Source of the DNA: a virus
Lineage: Duplodnaviria; Caudoviricetes
Length of the DNA stretch: 64,000 nucleotides
Virus record (IMG/VR): IMGVR_UViG_3300030330_005626
Location: 60,637-124,636 of that record
Direction: 5' to 3' (one strand)
The notes below the pieces were generated by a model that saw nothing but the letters and a program-made list of their open reading frames with translations, was not told the DNA's origin and searched no databases. The position numbers and the translations under genes are program-made. Positions 20,417 through 30,911 of the stretch are shown in pieces; positions within the stretch are counted from its first letter, which is position 1, and every line of letters starts with the position of its first letter.

Positions 20417-22159
20417 TTACTGGTAAAAGCTTGTGTTATTAACAAAAGTATAACTCTGAGTGATGCTTGAGTCAAAAGTGCTTATATTAAATGCGTCAGT
20501 AGCTATTGGGTTAAAGTTGCTGCCCTCACTTTCTATCACTAAGTCATTATTAGTTGTAAAACTATTTCTCAGTGAATCACTGTAATTTCTCATCTCAGTT
20601 TTAAAATCAGAATTACTGTCAACAGCTTTTGAAGTTATATTTAAATTAACTCTTTCTCTTGTCTTGGCGTTTAAATTATAAATTCCATAAACACCATTTT
20701 CGTTGCAGCTAGGTTTAGCCACGTATTGATTTAACGCTGGTGTAACATCAACTTTGTATTGAAAAGTTCTAAAATCTTCTTTAAAATTATTATTGTCAAA
20801 CGAAGCGTTTAAACTAATGGTTCCAGCGTATTCATTCATATCAACGCTAAACGAGGAAGGCTGCGGATTCAAAGCCCATCCAGTATTAGAGTATAAGATG
20901 TTATAATTTAAACCCGTGTAAATCTCTTCTGCTTTTTGAAACAAATACTCTTCCGCAGTTTGAGAGTTAAGGATTGTATTAAAATAATGTCCAGAAATTA
21001 AATCAAATTTTGCTCTATTGTTTCCTCTAGCTTGAAATTGACCATTGATAGAAACGGTGGCTCTATCTGTAATATCATCAGTGCTTACGTCTACATTGTA
21101 ATCAAAATACACTTCCGTAGATAACCCAGAAAACAATAAATTATTATCATAACTTGCGCTTACTGATATTCTTTTGTCTGTATCTGCTGTGTCTTCTACA
21201 TCAAGAGATAAAGGGACTTGATTTAAGTTGGTAACTTTACAAGCGCCAGTAGCTATCTTGTAAAGATTTCCAGTGGTTGGTTGACTACTCCTAACAGAAG
21301 CTGGCGTTGCGAATTTATCTCCTTGAATTGTGTAATTTACAGTGACTTCAAGAAAATCAGATTGGACCCCAGAGCTTACTGATGAATCAATTTCGCTAAC
21401 GTAACCTGCTGTAATTGGTATATCGCCAATACTTCCAGTCTGAATGACATATTCGTTTGTGCAAGAATAAGTACCATCAACTCTATTTACATCCTTGGAT
21501 GTATTTGTTAAAACTAAATTAGCATTTGTAATTCCGTTTACAAATTTTGGAATTACTTTATTTATATTGTATCCCGTTCTAGCCTCTACGAAATTTTTAG
21601 CATTTACTACGGCTTGAGCGGTTGGCGCTCCACCACCAGGTTCATTGCTGGTAAAACCTTGAGCGGAAACCGTGTGCGAAATTCCTACTGTGCCATTTTC
21701 GTTATCGTTAAATGAAACAGTTTCTTGTGGTTCTAGCACGCCAAATGTGCCAGCGAATTCATCTTGCTCGAAACATTCTAAAGTAATTGAGTATTCTTGT
21801 GCGCCATAATTGGCTGGAGAAAAATTTAAATCTTTAACTAAACAACCCTTCCAAATGTGTCTAGTGGTTCCATCCTCGTAAATCGCTAAATGCTTATAAC
21901 TTTCAGCAAACCCGCTAAGTATTCTTTCTCTATCCTTTTTAATCGAAACTGTATTTAAGTTACCTCCTAATCCAGTTTCGGAACCAATTACTTGCCCGTC
22001 TAAGGTTATGGTTGCTATCTGACACCATTTACCCCCATAATAAACCAACTCTTGAGATCGAGAGAGGTAAGGCGTGGGCATACCAGTGAAAGTAAAATAA
22101 TCGGAAGAGAAATCATTTCCGTATCTAATTTCAACTGTTGGATTTAAAGGTAGTGGCAT
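20417..22159 (-). CDS. Tail tip structural protein
   Basis: Beta-rich, acidic; second gene after tape measure; resembles 22161-24125 in composition. Confidence 0.55.
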   Translation of the reverse strand: MPLPLNPTVEIRYGNDFSSDYFTFTGMPTPYLSRSQELVYYGGKWCQIATITLDGQVIGSETGLGGNLNTVSIKKDRERILSGFAESYKHLAIYEDGTTRHIWKGCLVKDLNFSPANYGAQEYSITLECFEQDEFAGTFGVLEPQETVSFNDNENGTVGISHTVSAQGFTSNEPGGGAPTAQAVVNAKNFVEARTGYNINKVIPKFVNGITNANLVLTNTSKDVNRVDGTYSCTNEYVIQTGSIGDIPITAGYVSEIDSSVSSGVQSDFLEVTVNYTIQGDKFATPASVRSSQPTTGNLYKIATGACKVTNLNQVPLSLDVEDTADTDKRISVSASYDNNLLFSGLSTEVYFDYNVDVSTDDITDRATVSINGQFQARGNNRAKFDLISGHYFNTILNSQTAEEYLFQKAEEIYTGLNYNILYSNTGWALNPQPSSFSVDMNEYAGTISLNASFDNNNFKEDFRTFQYKVDVTPALNQYVAKPSCNENGVYGIYNLNAKTRERVNLNITSKAVDSNSDFKTEMRNYSDSLRNSFTTNNDLVIESEGSNFNPIATDAFNISTFDSSITQSYTFVNNTSFYQ

Positions 22160-22160
22160 A

Positions 22161-24125
22161 CTAAGGGTTAAATACTAAATTTTGATTCGCAGTTGCAAAT
22201 CTTTGCATACTAAATGCGGCGTCAATTGACATGCTAAAAGTATCATCGGAACTAAAAGAATAACTAGCATTAGTTATATACATTGTATCAGTTCCTACTT
22301 TTTGTATTTGATTATTGTTTGCGTATACTGAATAAGCTTGCTGAAGCATATCGCTTTTGGATGTGTTAATAGCAGAAGTCGGGTTGGGTCTTTCATTTAA
22401 ATTGTTTGTAAACTGAGCTCTTCTTAATTGACCTTCCATTTTAACACTTCTTGTGCCTAACGATGTTTGCTCTGGCGTGTGCAATATTTGATCTGTTACA
22501 TTTGGTACGATAAAAGCAGCTTGATTTGGCGTTCCGATTTTATCGTCTATAGTTACTTTTCTTCTGGCGAATGTACCATTATCAAAAACATCTGGATCAT
22601 CCGTGAAACTATATTCATAAGATAACTGTTTTCCGTATTTAGGAACAGTAAACTTATTACTTAAATTTTTTAAAGTATTTGTTTTGTCGTTTAAAGTATA
22701 AAAAGATTGACATCTTGTTTTTACATCTGACCTAGATGGAATCAAAGAAAAAGAATCAAACTCAGTGTCTTTAAAATTAACCGAAGTTATTGTGCCGTTC
22801 TCATTGACTGTGACAATGTTATCTGATTCAGATAATTGCGTGGTTCTTTCTTCTAGGAAAGTAAGATTTTTAAACGATTTATCATCTGTGTACTGAACGC
22901 TATAACTTGATTTAGCAGAGCTATTGTTTACATTTTTACTTGTTGAAACTGCTCTATTATTTAATGAGCCAGCGTTTGTGCCTAAATAATTTTTGTAAGA
23001 TGTATATACTGTATTGCATCTATCGTAAGAATTGCCTATCTCAGTATCTAAAGCTGAAATTGCTTCTGTCAAAAAATCTGCTGACCTTGGTTCTATTTCT
23101 CCATTTTCACTTACCGTAACTATTCCTCCTTCGTCGAAAGAAAAAGAATTAGAGACTCTCAAAGAGTATGTAGACCTACCACTTGGAAGTAAAACTAACC
23201 TTCTGTCAAAATCACAACTTCCATCAATCAAATTATAGGTTTCATTTGTATATTTTCTAGATGCAACAGAAATACTTCCATATGAGTTATCTATAACAGT
23301 GGAAAATTGAGTTGGTGTTTGATCAAATAAAATACCTGCTAATGTTTTAGACGTTGATATTGGATCAATTGCAGAACCGCCAGCTTCAATACCAGATATG
23401 TATGTTATGCTTAGTGAGTGATTTAATTCGTAAGTATTATCTTCCGATAAACTGTAAGAAAAATCCTCTGAAATATTATCTAAAAACTGAGGAAAAGGAA
23501 CTGTGTAATATACTAAAAAATTAGCAGTGAATGGATCAGATGTAACATCTACTAAAGAGGTTCTCGATGGGTCTTCGTATAATTGAAAATTGTTTTCGCT
23601 AGTTACATCTACATAGTACCTAGTATTTAAACTTGGACCTGCTCCCGTCATTGCAGTGATTTCAACTTCTACGCCATCTAATAAATTATGATTAGATTTT
23701 GTAAAAACGTCTGTTGAATCATCTGCGCTTACGAGCGTTAAGCTTCTTGTTTGGGACTCGAAAGTACTTCTGATGTCACCGCTGTTGTATACTTCTATTT
23801 CTGCGGTGTATTTACCGATTCTTATTTGATCTTCATCTGTAGCGCTTGAAGCTGGAAAATCTAACGAGACTATTCTACCCGTGCCAAAGCCAGTTTCGTT
23901 TATTGTTATCGCCTCCATTATAGAAGACGAACTTGAAGCTGCCGCAACATAATTGTCTATTTGTTGTATAGCTTGTCTTACGCCCTTTAGGTCTGTATTA
24001 GAGGCGCGAACGTCTATGTACCCCTCTACAGAAATTGTGTCTACAGTTCTGTAATTTGCGGTTCTTTCACCGAAGTAGTCGCTTCTTCTTTGGATTCCTA
24101 AAATGTATGCGTTAGTGAAATTCAT
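22161..24125 (-). CDS. Distal tail-like structural protein with FCCH-like insert
   Basis: Immediately after the tape measure; insert 'FTKSNHNLLDGVEV...TRYYV...NNFQLY' resembles the E1 FCCH-like domain seen in phage tail proteins. Confidence 0.55.
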   Translation of the reverse strand: MNFTNAYILGIQRRSDYFGERTANYRTVDTISVEGYIDVRASNTDLKGVRQAIQQIDNYVAAASSSSSIMEAITINETGFGTGRIVSLDFPASSATDEDQIRIGKYTAEIEVYNSGDIRSTFESQTRSLTLVSADDSTDVFTKSNHNLLDGVEVEITAMTGAGPSLNTRYYVDVTSENNFQLYEDPSRTSLVDVTSDPFTANFLVYYTVPFPQFLDNISEDFSYSLSEDNTYELNHSLSITYISGIEAGGSAIDPISTSKTLAGILFDQTPTQFSTVIDNSYGSISVASRKYTNETYNLIDGSCDFDRRLVLLPSGRSTYSLRVSNSFSFDEGGIVTVSENGEIEPRSADFLTEAISALDTEIGNSYDRCNTVYTSYKNYLGTNAGSLNNRAVSTSKNVNNSSAKSSYSVQYTDDKSFKNLTFLEERTTQLSESDNIVTVNENGTITSVNFKDTEFDSFSLIPSRSDVKTRCQSFYTLNDKTNTLKNLSNKFTVPKYGKQLSYEYSFTDDPDVFDNGTFARRKVTIDDKIGTPNQAAFIVPNVTDQILHTPEQTSLGTRSVKMEGQLRRAQFTNNLNERPNPTSAINTSKSDMLQQAYSVYANNNQIQKVGTDTMYITNASYSFSSDDTFSMSIDAAFSMQRFATANQNLVFNP

Positions 24126-24134
24126 TATCTAATT

Positions 24135-27100
24135 TTAATACCCAAACCCACCGACACCAGCCTGTTGTCGCGGCGTCACACCACCCGAACTGCTAACGTT
24201 AACCGTTGTAGCTCTTGGCCCATTTGCGCCAGCGGCTCCAGCACCTAACTGTTGTTTAAGTTTATTTACGTCGGCTTGAAGACTTATTACCTCTGGAGCG
24301 CCACCAACTGCAATTTTCGGATCAATTACTATTTGTATGCTGTTATTAACAGTCTGACTATCTAATAAAGCTAACAACTGATTCTGAAACTCTTCACTAG
24401 ATGACGCTTGCGTACCTAGCTTACCTTCATCCAGTCTCTTTAGTAGCTCCTGTAGCCCTCGCAACTCTAAAGCTGCTTGCTCTCTGTCGATTTGTCCACG
24501 GCCAACGCTACGCTGAACGTTTCTAACTTGATCCATTAAAAAGTCTCTAGCCTCAGTCGCTCCACCCGCCCCCTGTAATCTACCTATTGCGCCTTGCCTT
24601 AAACCTCTTAATTTTGAAAAAGCAATTTGGGTATCCCTTGTCTCAACGCCATCTTCTGTTAAGTTATTTAGCCTAAAATTATCACGAATATCCTGCAATT
24701 GCTGAACAGCAGCCCCAAACAACGGTCCTAAAGCTTTTATTTCATTGGATGAAAGCGCAGTTGGATCAATTTGTCCCCCAGCGGTTACCGCTACTCCACC
24801 AATTCTAGCTCTTTCGTTTATCATCGCTGCTGTAGCAGGGTCGAAATTTTTTAATGTAGCCTCAGATAAACTACCTAACAAATTTCCAGACTTAACATCT
24901 ATGCCTTGAATTTCTGATGTTAGTTTTTCTATGGCTTTCGCTTCTTCAAGAGTTATTTGTCCGTCTTCTTGTGCTTTTTTTATTAATTGGTCAAGCTCAA
25001 CAGCTTTTTCGCCTCTCTGCGTTTGTAAATCTTTTATTTCTGTAGCTTTTTGAATATTCGCGAATTCTGTTGCTATCGCCGCTGGGATTGCTATCGTGGC
25101 CCTTGTCATCGCCGCGATTCCCTTTTCAGTATCCTGCAAGGCGTCACCCAAAGGTATATTAGCTACTACATTCGCTGCTGCTTCGGCAAATTTGCCGCCT
25201 GATAGCTCTTCAAGCATTTGTGCCGTGTTTTGAGCCGTTAGTTGGTTTGCTATCACGTCCTCTTGTTGCATCACATTAAGCTGTTGCTGAAGGCCAAGCA
25301 AGCTTTCGATGTTGTCGGGCATTTTTTGACGTTTGAATTCTGCCGCTACTTGTGTGGCGGCGATACTACCATAGTCTTGATTTCTCAATACTTCCGCTGC
25401 TCTCGCTAAATCTTGATTACCAGTTTCACTTGCAGCTTGCTCTAACACCGCTGCTCTAGCCATAGCTCTTCCTCTTAGGCTTTGCTCTAAACCAGATTGG
25501 ACCAAATCTTTTAACCCTTCTGCACCTTGGCCCATCATTTCTGTGCCAATAAATTCGTTCAAATTACTTAAAAGTTGTCCAGCGAATTGACCAGTTTTAA
25601 CTGAGTCTCCTCTACCACTAGCTTGCCTGAATCCTTTAACAGCATTATTAAACCCGCTTTCCATTTCATCAAGCTGTTTTGGATTAAGAAAGGCTTTTAT
25701 TCCGCCGCCAGCTTTTAACTCTTGATCGATTTTATTTTGAGCTTGAGCAAGTCTTGTTTGTAAACCTTGCATTCTCAATTGTTCTAGTCGAGTTTGCTCG
25801 GCTTTGGCCATTTCGCCAAGTTGTTGGGTTAGCAAGCTTTGTATTCCGTCTATATTTGCTATGTCAATTTTTTGACCTTCAAGCGCTCCACCTTTTCCAG
25901 TTGCTTGATTGATCACGTCCTGTAAAGCTTGCGCTGTTGCGCCCCCGCCTTGTGCGCTTGTTTGAATTAAAGCGTTTCCTAAATTTGCGAATAATGTTTG
26001 CGCGGCTTGATCATTTGGTCCCCCTTTACCAGCAGCCTCTAGAGCTTTTGCAACGGGGCCAAATTTACTTACAGCATCGAATATTTCTTTACTGCCTTTT
26101 ACTCTTAACTGCTCTTGTTTTACGCCAGCTTTTTGATTTATTTCTAACTGAGCGATATCACCTTCTAATTTTGTGCTTTGAAAAGATGTTTGGAATTGTT
26201 TTGCTAATTGAGCTCCACCTTTTACACCCGCGAGGGTTAATTCTTTTGTAAATTCTCTTTGTCTTCTTTTTGCTTTTTGTACATTTGTTGCAAAAAGTTG
26301 TATTGATTTTATGAATTCTAAATTTCTTGAAGCGGCTTGTGTTATAGCAGCTTGTGCAGCGTTTGCTGCGGCGGCTTGAGCATCTAAAGCTGTTTGAAGT
26401 CTAGCGGTTTCTGCGGCTGCGGCTGCGGCTTCTTTTGAAAGATTGCTTACATCTAAGGCTAGTCCGTAAACTTGACTACCAGCACCTTGAACAAAGCTTC
26501 CAGCTTGTTCAGCAGTTAAGCCAAGTTCTTCTAAAACTTTTTGTAAATTTTCAGTGCCACCCGCTTTTAAGTCTGCTGCCCCAGCCCTTCTTATCTTTTC
26601 TTGTTCTGCGTCTGAAAGTTGGCGACCAAGAGCGTCAACTATACCTTTTGCATCTTCCTTTCTTCTAGCTCTTCCTTCGTCGGTAATGCCAAATTCTTCT
26701 TTACCAGCTTCTATGTATCTTTCGGAGCTTAAATTTTCTCGCGCTTCTTTTACGCCTCTTTTAGCTTTAATAGTGTCAATTACAGTTCCTAATATGTTAA
26801 ATTTTTGCGCTAATTTATTCGCCATAGCAGATACTTTTGAGAACCCTAATTTATCCGCAACAAATGATACCCCCTTAGCAAGAAAGCTAATTGCTTGCAT
26901 GGCAATCGCAGCTACAGCGCCTAATTTTATCAATACAGCGGCAAGCCCTTTAAGACCTAGCGCACCTAATCTTAACGCTCTAGAAAAGAATGACATCTTT
27001 TTGCCAAGTTTTCCTGCCCCACCTAAGGCTCCCACAGCTTTGCCCGCTCTTCCAAATTGACTCCTTCCACCTTTTCGACCAACACCTCCCATTTCCGCCA

Positions 27101-30100
27101 TTAGTCTATTACCCGAAGCTGCAAGCTTTTTTGTCTTATTAAATAATAATATAGCTGCAACTAACGCTGCTATCCCACCAAGAACTTTAATAATTGTTCC
27201 TTGCTGCGCTACTTTAGCTTCTTGCTCAAGTTGCTTTTGTAATAATTCGTTTGTTTTCTTAGCTTCTTGATTGGATGCGGTTTTTTTACCAACTTTTCCA
27301 GCGGCTTCTCCTAATATTTGTTGTCTTTTTGTAGAATCTTGCTCTCGTAATAATTTATTTCTTAACTCAGTGGGTAATTTAGATAAGGCTTTAGAGTATT
27401 TCGCTTGAGCGGCTTGAACTTGCTCTGCGTCACCACCAGATAACGCATCTGTTAAACTCGAAAGAGCTTGTTGAGCTTGTTGTATATCATTCCCCTGCTC
27501 TTGTAAGCTCACGGCGGCAGCGTCTAGTGCCTCTCCGTATTGTTTCATTTTTGATTGAGATTCAGTTAAACTAAATTGAAACGCAAACGCTGCTGATGCT
27601 AGTCCAGCTATTGCCCCAACGGCAATTCCAACGGGACCAGGAATAGTTGTTATTGCAATTGCCGCTATTGATAATCCGCTTGTAAAAGCATTTATATTAT
27701 TAGCTGTTCTAGCGGCTTCTTCCCCCATTCCTTGAGTGGCTGACGCTGCAACACTAGTTATAAGAGACAGCGCTGTTGTAGCCGCAAACATTCTCTCAAA
27801 ACCTCTGCTTGCAACGTCAGCTTTTTGGCTTACATTTTTAAGGGATTCGTTTACCTTTTTTGTTTCAACATTCTCTTTAGGAGCTTTAGGAGCTTGAGAA
27901 GTGCCAGCAGCGGCTATATCTCTAAAATTAAGAGCAGCAAAATTCGGAATATAGCCATTCGCTAAAACATCTTTTATACCGCGAGGTTCATCGCGAGTAT
28001 TTGTAACTGCTAATCCAAGAGGGTTTCCTTTGTTCGCTAATCTTCTATCTTGATCAAGGCGCATTGCGCCTTTGGAAACTCCAGCTAGACTTTCGCGTCT
28101 GATAGCATCTCTTAGCCCACCTGCAAAATTAGGAACATATCCTTGCGCCATTTTAGGAAAATCATCATTTAGCTCTTTAAGAATTTTGTTCGATAACTCT
28201 GGGGTGTTTCCTATTTTTTTAGCAATACTTGAGCGCGTTGCGGGTTCGCCAAAACCTGATCTTTTTGCATCTAAATATTTAGCCTTTTCAACTAATTTTT
28301 TGCTTTCTCCAAAAAGGTTATTATATAATTCTTCCTGTGGTGCGCTGCTCGCGTCTACTCCACCTAGATAATCCCAAGTTCCAGATTTAGCGGGAGCTCT
28401 TCCTATAACTGAATTTATAGCAGTTTCAAAAATTCTACCAATAAACTGTGGGTAACCGCTTGTGTCTTCAGTTGCTCTTTTCCATACGTCGAGTGGCTTA
28501 GGTTGGTCACCCTTCCCAAAGCTTCCCCCAACCATTGCTTTTACTATATTTTGAAGAGGCACATCTAGCTCTCTTTCAACTAGCGAATCAAATGAGCTAC
28601 CACTTCCAAGACCTTTAACTGGCTTCATAGAAGCCTGAAACATTCCTCCTATTTTTAACCCATCTAATCCTGCAAATCTTTTGTCTGCTGCCGACGCGCC
28701 AAGAGTCTTTAAAGCGTCTACTCTAGCGATGTCCATCGTGGCTCTTGTTGAAACACTGCGCCCAGTGGTGAAAATACCCGCTTGATTCCGAGTTAGATTG
28801 ACGGGGACAATTTTTTTGTTCAACCTGCCAAGTTTTCCTTGCCCTCCTCCTTCTCTAAAATAAGCAGAATAAGTTAGTTTGCCTCCACCAGCTACATAAT
28901 CTTTGTAAAGCTTCTGAGCGTCAGGATTAGCTCTCAACTCTGCGGCAGTAAAATTTCGACCAAAGTTAGGAATGAACCCTCTAGCAGCAGCTTGCATAGC
29001 TGGGCTTGAAATTACCGTCCCTTTTCTTCCATTTGGCCCAATAACGTCTTGTTTCTTTTCGTAAGCGTTGTAAGTCGCCATGAAGGAGCCACCCCGACCA
29101 TCAAAAACTCTCCCTCTTCTTGTTCTAGGGTTATTTACCTGAGTGCCGCTGTACATTCCAGAGAGAGCCATAGCAGCGGCTTCTCCACCATTAGCAAAAT
29201 TAGGAACAAATCCAGAAGCTTTCGGTCTTCCACCTGCGGCGATTGTTTGGACACCAGCTACCGTTCTTACGGAAGCTCCAGCTTGGCTCATTTTTCCCGC
29301 TAATTGAGTCGCTAAATTGTTCATTTGAATCAATTCAGCATTTAAGCCTTTATAAGAACCTAAAATTTGTTTTGCAGCAGTGTCTACGCTGATTTCCCCT
29401 CGTTGAATTTGAGCTAAAACTTTAGGGTTTTCTTTTAGTATGTTTACTATACCCTGTTGAAGTTGCTGCTGTTGAGCGAAACTAGCGTTCAAACCAGAGA
29501 AAGTTCTAAAAGCGTCTGCGGCAAATTTTCTTAAATCATTAAATAATTTGAAAAGAACAGAAGCAGCCAAAGCTAAACCTGGTCCAGATATAAACTTACC
29601 AAGACCACCCAGCAAAGCTTTACCAATTCCTTCGCCTTTGCTTTCTGCGTCACCAAGGCTTATTTTTTCGGTAATCGCATTTACTATGTCGAGTACGTTT
29701 CTGATCGCTGGCTCTAAAGTTAGCTTACCAACGGCTGCACCAAGTTTTGTTAAATTTTGCAGCGTTTCATTCAAGCCAGCCGCTAAAGTTTTATTTAACT
29801 CAGCGTTTCTTCTCGCTGATTCCCCACTTGCTCTTCCAGCTATTTCAGTCGCGTTTGTAAACACTGAGTATTGACTACCCAAATCACTTAATGAAGCTTT
29901 TAACACGTTGATCTGGAAAACGCCACCAACCAACTCAGCTATTTGGGCTTGTTGCGCTTGAGTTAAAGTATCAAATGTGCCAGCTAAATTTCTGAGAACA
30001 TTTATAGCTGAAAGATTTGCTCCCGATGCATTTTTTGTTTTTACACCCAACTCGTCCAAAGCCTCTAATACTCTAGGTCTTTGAATACGAGTAAAAATAG

Positions 30101-30851
30101 TTTTAAACGAGTTACCGATTACAGCACCACCACGAGCGGTAATTTGCTGCGCTGCTGTTACAATACCCAAAAGTTCATCTAAGCTAACTCCAGCGCCTTC
30201 GGCGGTACTGCCTACACGTCTCAAAGCTTCTGCTAAATCTGCACCACTAACAGCAAATGCTTGGTCAACCGCGATTAGTTTATCAACAACCGCAGTAGAA
30301 TCTAAAGCTGCATTTCTGAAACCGTTTAAAGCGGCGGTGATAGCATTTACCGACTCTTCTACACCCAAGCCACTTAAACGAGCCAAGACCATTGCATCGG
30401 AAGTACGCTTTAAGGTTTCTTCCATAGCTAAACCTTGACGAGCAAGCTCGCCGCCAGCAATCGCTACGTCTTGAAATGATCTACCAGTTCTTTTGGCTAT
30501 GTTGAAAAGTTCATTACCAAATCCAGCGAGCTTCTTTTGTGATGTACCTAAAATTACATTTACTTCAGCAAGGGATTTCTCTACTTCTATAGTGGCTCTT
30601 ACAGTCTCAGATAAAGCTTTTTGAACGGCATAAATGGCCCCAGCGGAAGCGCCAAACGCTAAAACACGAGCGTTAGAAGCCGCTAAAGATTTATCAAATT
30701 CCCCAAGGTCACCTTTTATCTTACCAAGGGGTTGAGAGAAATTTTTAGAATCAAGAGTTAGATTAACCTTTTTATTGGCGATTCTATTTATATCGCGCTC
30801 TAAAGGTCTCGTATTACCCGCTACATCAACTGTTATTCTTGGTCCTGCCAT
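24135..30851 (-). CDS. Tail tape measure protein (TP901-like core)
   Basis: 2238 aa, Ala/Gln/Gly-rich and helical; core 'ELARQG...AVSGADLAEAL...GAVIGNSFKTIFTRI'; hydrophobic segments; follows tail tube and chaperone genes. Confidence 0.93.
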   Translation of the reverse strand: MAGPRITVDVAGNTRPLERDINRIANKKVNLTLDSKNFSQPLGKIKGDLGEFDKSLAASNARVLAFGASAGAIYAVQKALSETVRATIEVEKSLAEVNVILGTSQKKLAGFGNELFNIAKRTGRSFQDVAIAGGELARQGLAMEETLKRTSDAMVLARLSGLGVEESVNAITAALNGFRNAALDSTAVVDKLIAVDQAFAVSGADLAEALRRVGSTAEGAGVSLDELLGIVTAAQQITARGGAVIGNSFKTIFTRIQRPRVLEALDELGVKTKNASGANLSAINVLRNLAGTFDTLTQAQQAQIAELVGGVFQINVLKASLSDLGSQYSVFTNATEIAGRASGESARRNAELNKTLAAGLNETLQNLTKLGAAVGKLTLEPAIRNVLDIVNAITEKISLGDAESKGEGIGKALLGGLGKFISGPGLALAASVLFKLFNDLRKFAADAFRTFSGLNASFAQQQQLQQGIVNILKENPKVLAQIQRGEISVDTAAKQILGSYKGLNAELIQMNNLATQLAGKMSQAGASVRTVAGVQTIAAGGRPKASGFVPNFANGGEAAAMALSGMYSGTQVNNPRTRRGRVFDGRGGSFMATYNAYEKKQDVIGPNGRKGTVISSPAMQAAARGFIPNFGRNFTAAELRANPDAQKLYKDYVAGGGKLTYSAYFREGGGQGKLGRLNKKIVPVNLTRNQAGIFTTGRSVSTRATMDIARVDALKTLGASAADKRFAGLDGLKIGGMFQASMKPVKGLGSGSSFDSLVERELDVPLQNIVKAMVGGSFGKGDQPKPLDVWKRATEDTSGYPQFIGRIFETAINSVIGRAPAKSGTWDYLGGVDASSAPQEELYNNLFGESKKLVEKAKYLDAKRSGFGEPATRSSIAKKIGNTPELSNKILKELNDDFPKMAQGYVPNFAGGLRDAIRRESLAGVSKGAMRLDQDRRLANKGNPLGLAVTNTRDEPRGIKDVLANGYIPNFAALNFRDIAAAGTSQAPKAPKENVETKKVNESLKNVSQKADVASRGFERMFAATTALSLITSVAASATQGMGEEAARTANNINAFTSGLSIAAIAITTIPGPVGIAVGAIAGLASAAFAFQFSLTESQSKMKQYGEALDAAAVSLQEQGNDIQQAQQALSSLTDALSGGDAEQVQAAQAKYSKALSKLPTELRNKLLREQDSTKRQQILGEAAGKVGKKTASNQEAKKTNELLQKQLEQEAKVAQQGTIIKVLGGIAALVAAILLFNKTKKLAASGNRLMAEMGGVGRKGGRSQFGRAGKAVGALGGAGKLGKKMSFFSRALRLGALGLKGLAAVLIKLGAVAAIAMQAISFLAKGVSFVADKLGFSKVSAMANKLAQKFNILGTVIDTIKAKRGVKEARENLSSERYIEAGKEEFGITDEGRARRKEDAKGIVDALGRQLSDAEQEKIRRAGAADLKAGGTENLQKVLEELGLTAEQAGSFVQGAGSQVYGLALDVSNLSKEAAAAAAETARLQTALDAQAAAANAAQAAITQAASRNLEFIKSIQLFATNVQKAKRRQREFTKELTLAGVKGGAQLAKQFQTSFQSTKLEGDIAQLEINQKAGVKQEQLRVKGSKEIFDAVSKFGPVAKALEAAGKGGPNDQAAQTLFANLGNALIQTSAQGGGATAQALQDVINQATGKGGALEGQKIDIANIDGIQSLLTQQLGEMAKAEQTRLEQLRMQGLQTRLAQAQNKIDQELKAGGGIKAFLNPKQLDEMESGFNNAVKGFRQASGRGDSVKTGQFAGQLLSNLNEFIGTEMMGQGAEGLKDLVQSGLEQSLRGRAMARAAVLEQAASETGNQDLARAAEVLRNQDYGSIAATQVAAEFKRQKMPDNIESLLGLQQQLNVMQQEDVIANQLTAQNTAQMLEELSGGKFAEAAANVVANIPLGDALQDTEKGIAAMTRATIAIPAAIATEFANIQKATEIKDLQTQRGEKAVELDQLIKKAQEDGQITLEEAKAIEKLTSEIQGIDVKSGNLLGSLSEATLKNFDPATAAMINERARIGGVAVTAGGQIDPTALSSNEIKALGPLFGAAVQQLQDIRDNFRLNNLTEDGVETRDTQIAFSKLRGLRQGAIGRLQGAGGATEARDFLMDQVRNVQRSVGRGQIDREQAALELRGLQELLKRLDEGKLGTQASSSEEFQNQLLALLDSQTVNNSIQIVIDPKIAVGGAPEVISLQADVNKLKQQLGAGAAGANGPRATTVNVSSSGGVTPRQQAGVGGFGY

Positions 30852-30878
30852 CCTTTTAGCCTTTTTCCTACTAAATAT

Positions 30879-30883
30879 TACAC
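30879..30883 (-). promoter_or_regulatory. GTGTA late-promoter motif upstream of tape measure
   Basis: GTGTAATATTTAG in intergenic gap. Confidence 0.65.
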
Positions 30884-30911
30884 TTTATTTTCTTGAAATA
30901 ATTCAAAAAAA

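Noticed and set aside
25937-29874. Antisense ORFs within the tape measure gene
   Set aside because: Typical antisense shadows of Ala-rich coding sequence; no promoters or motifs.
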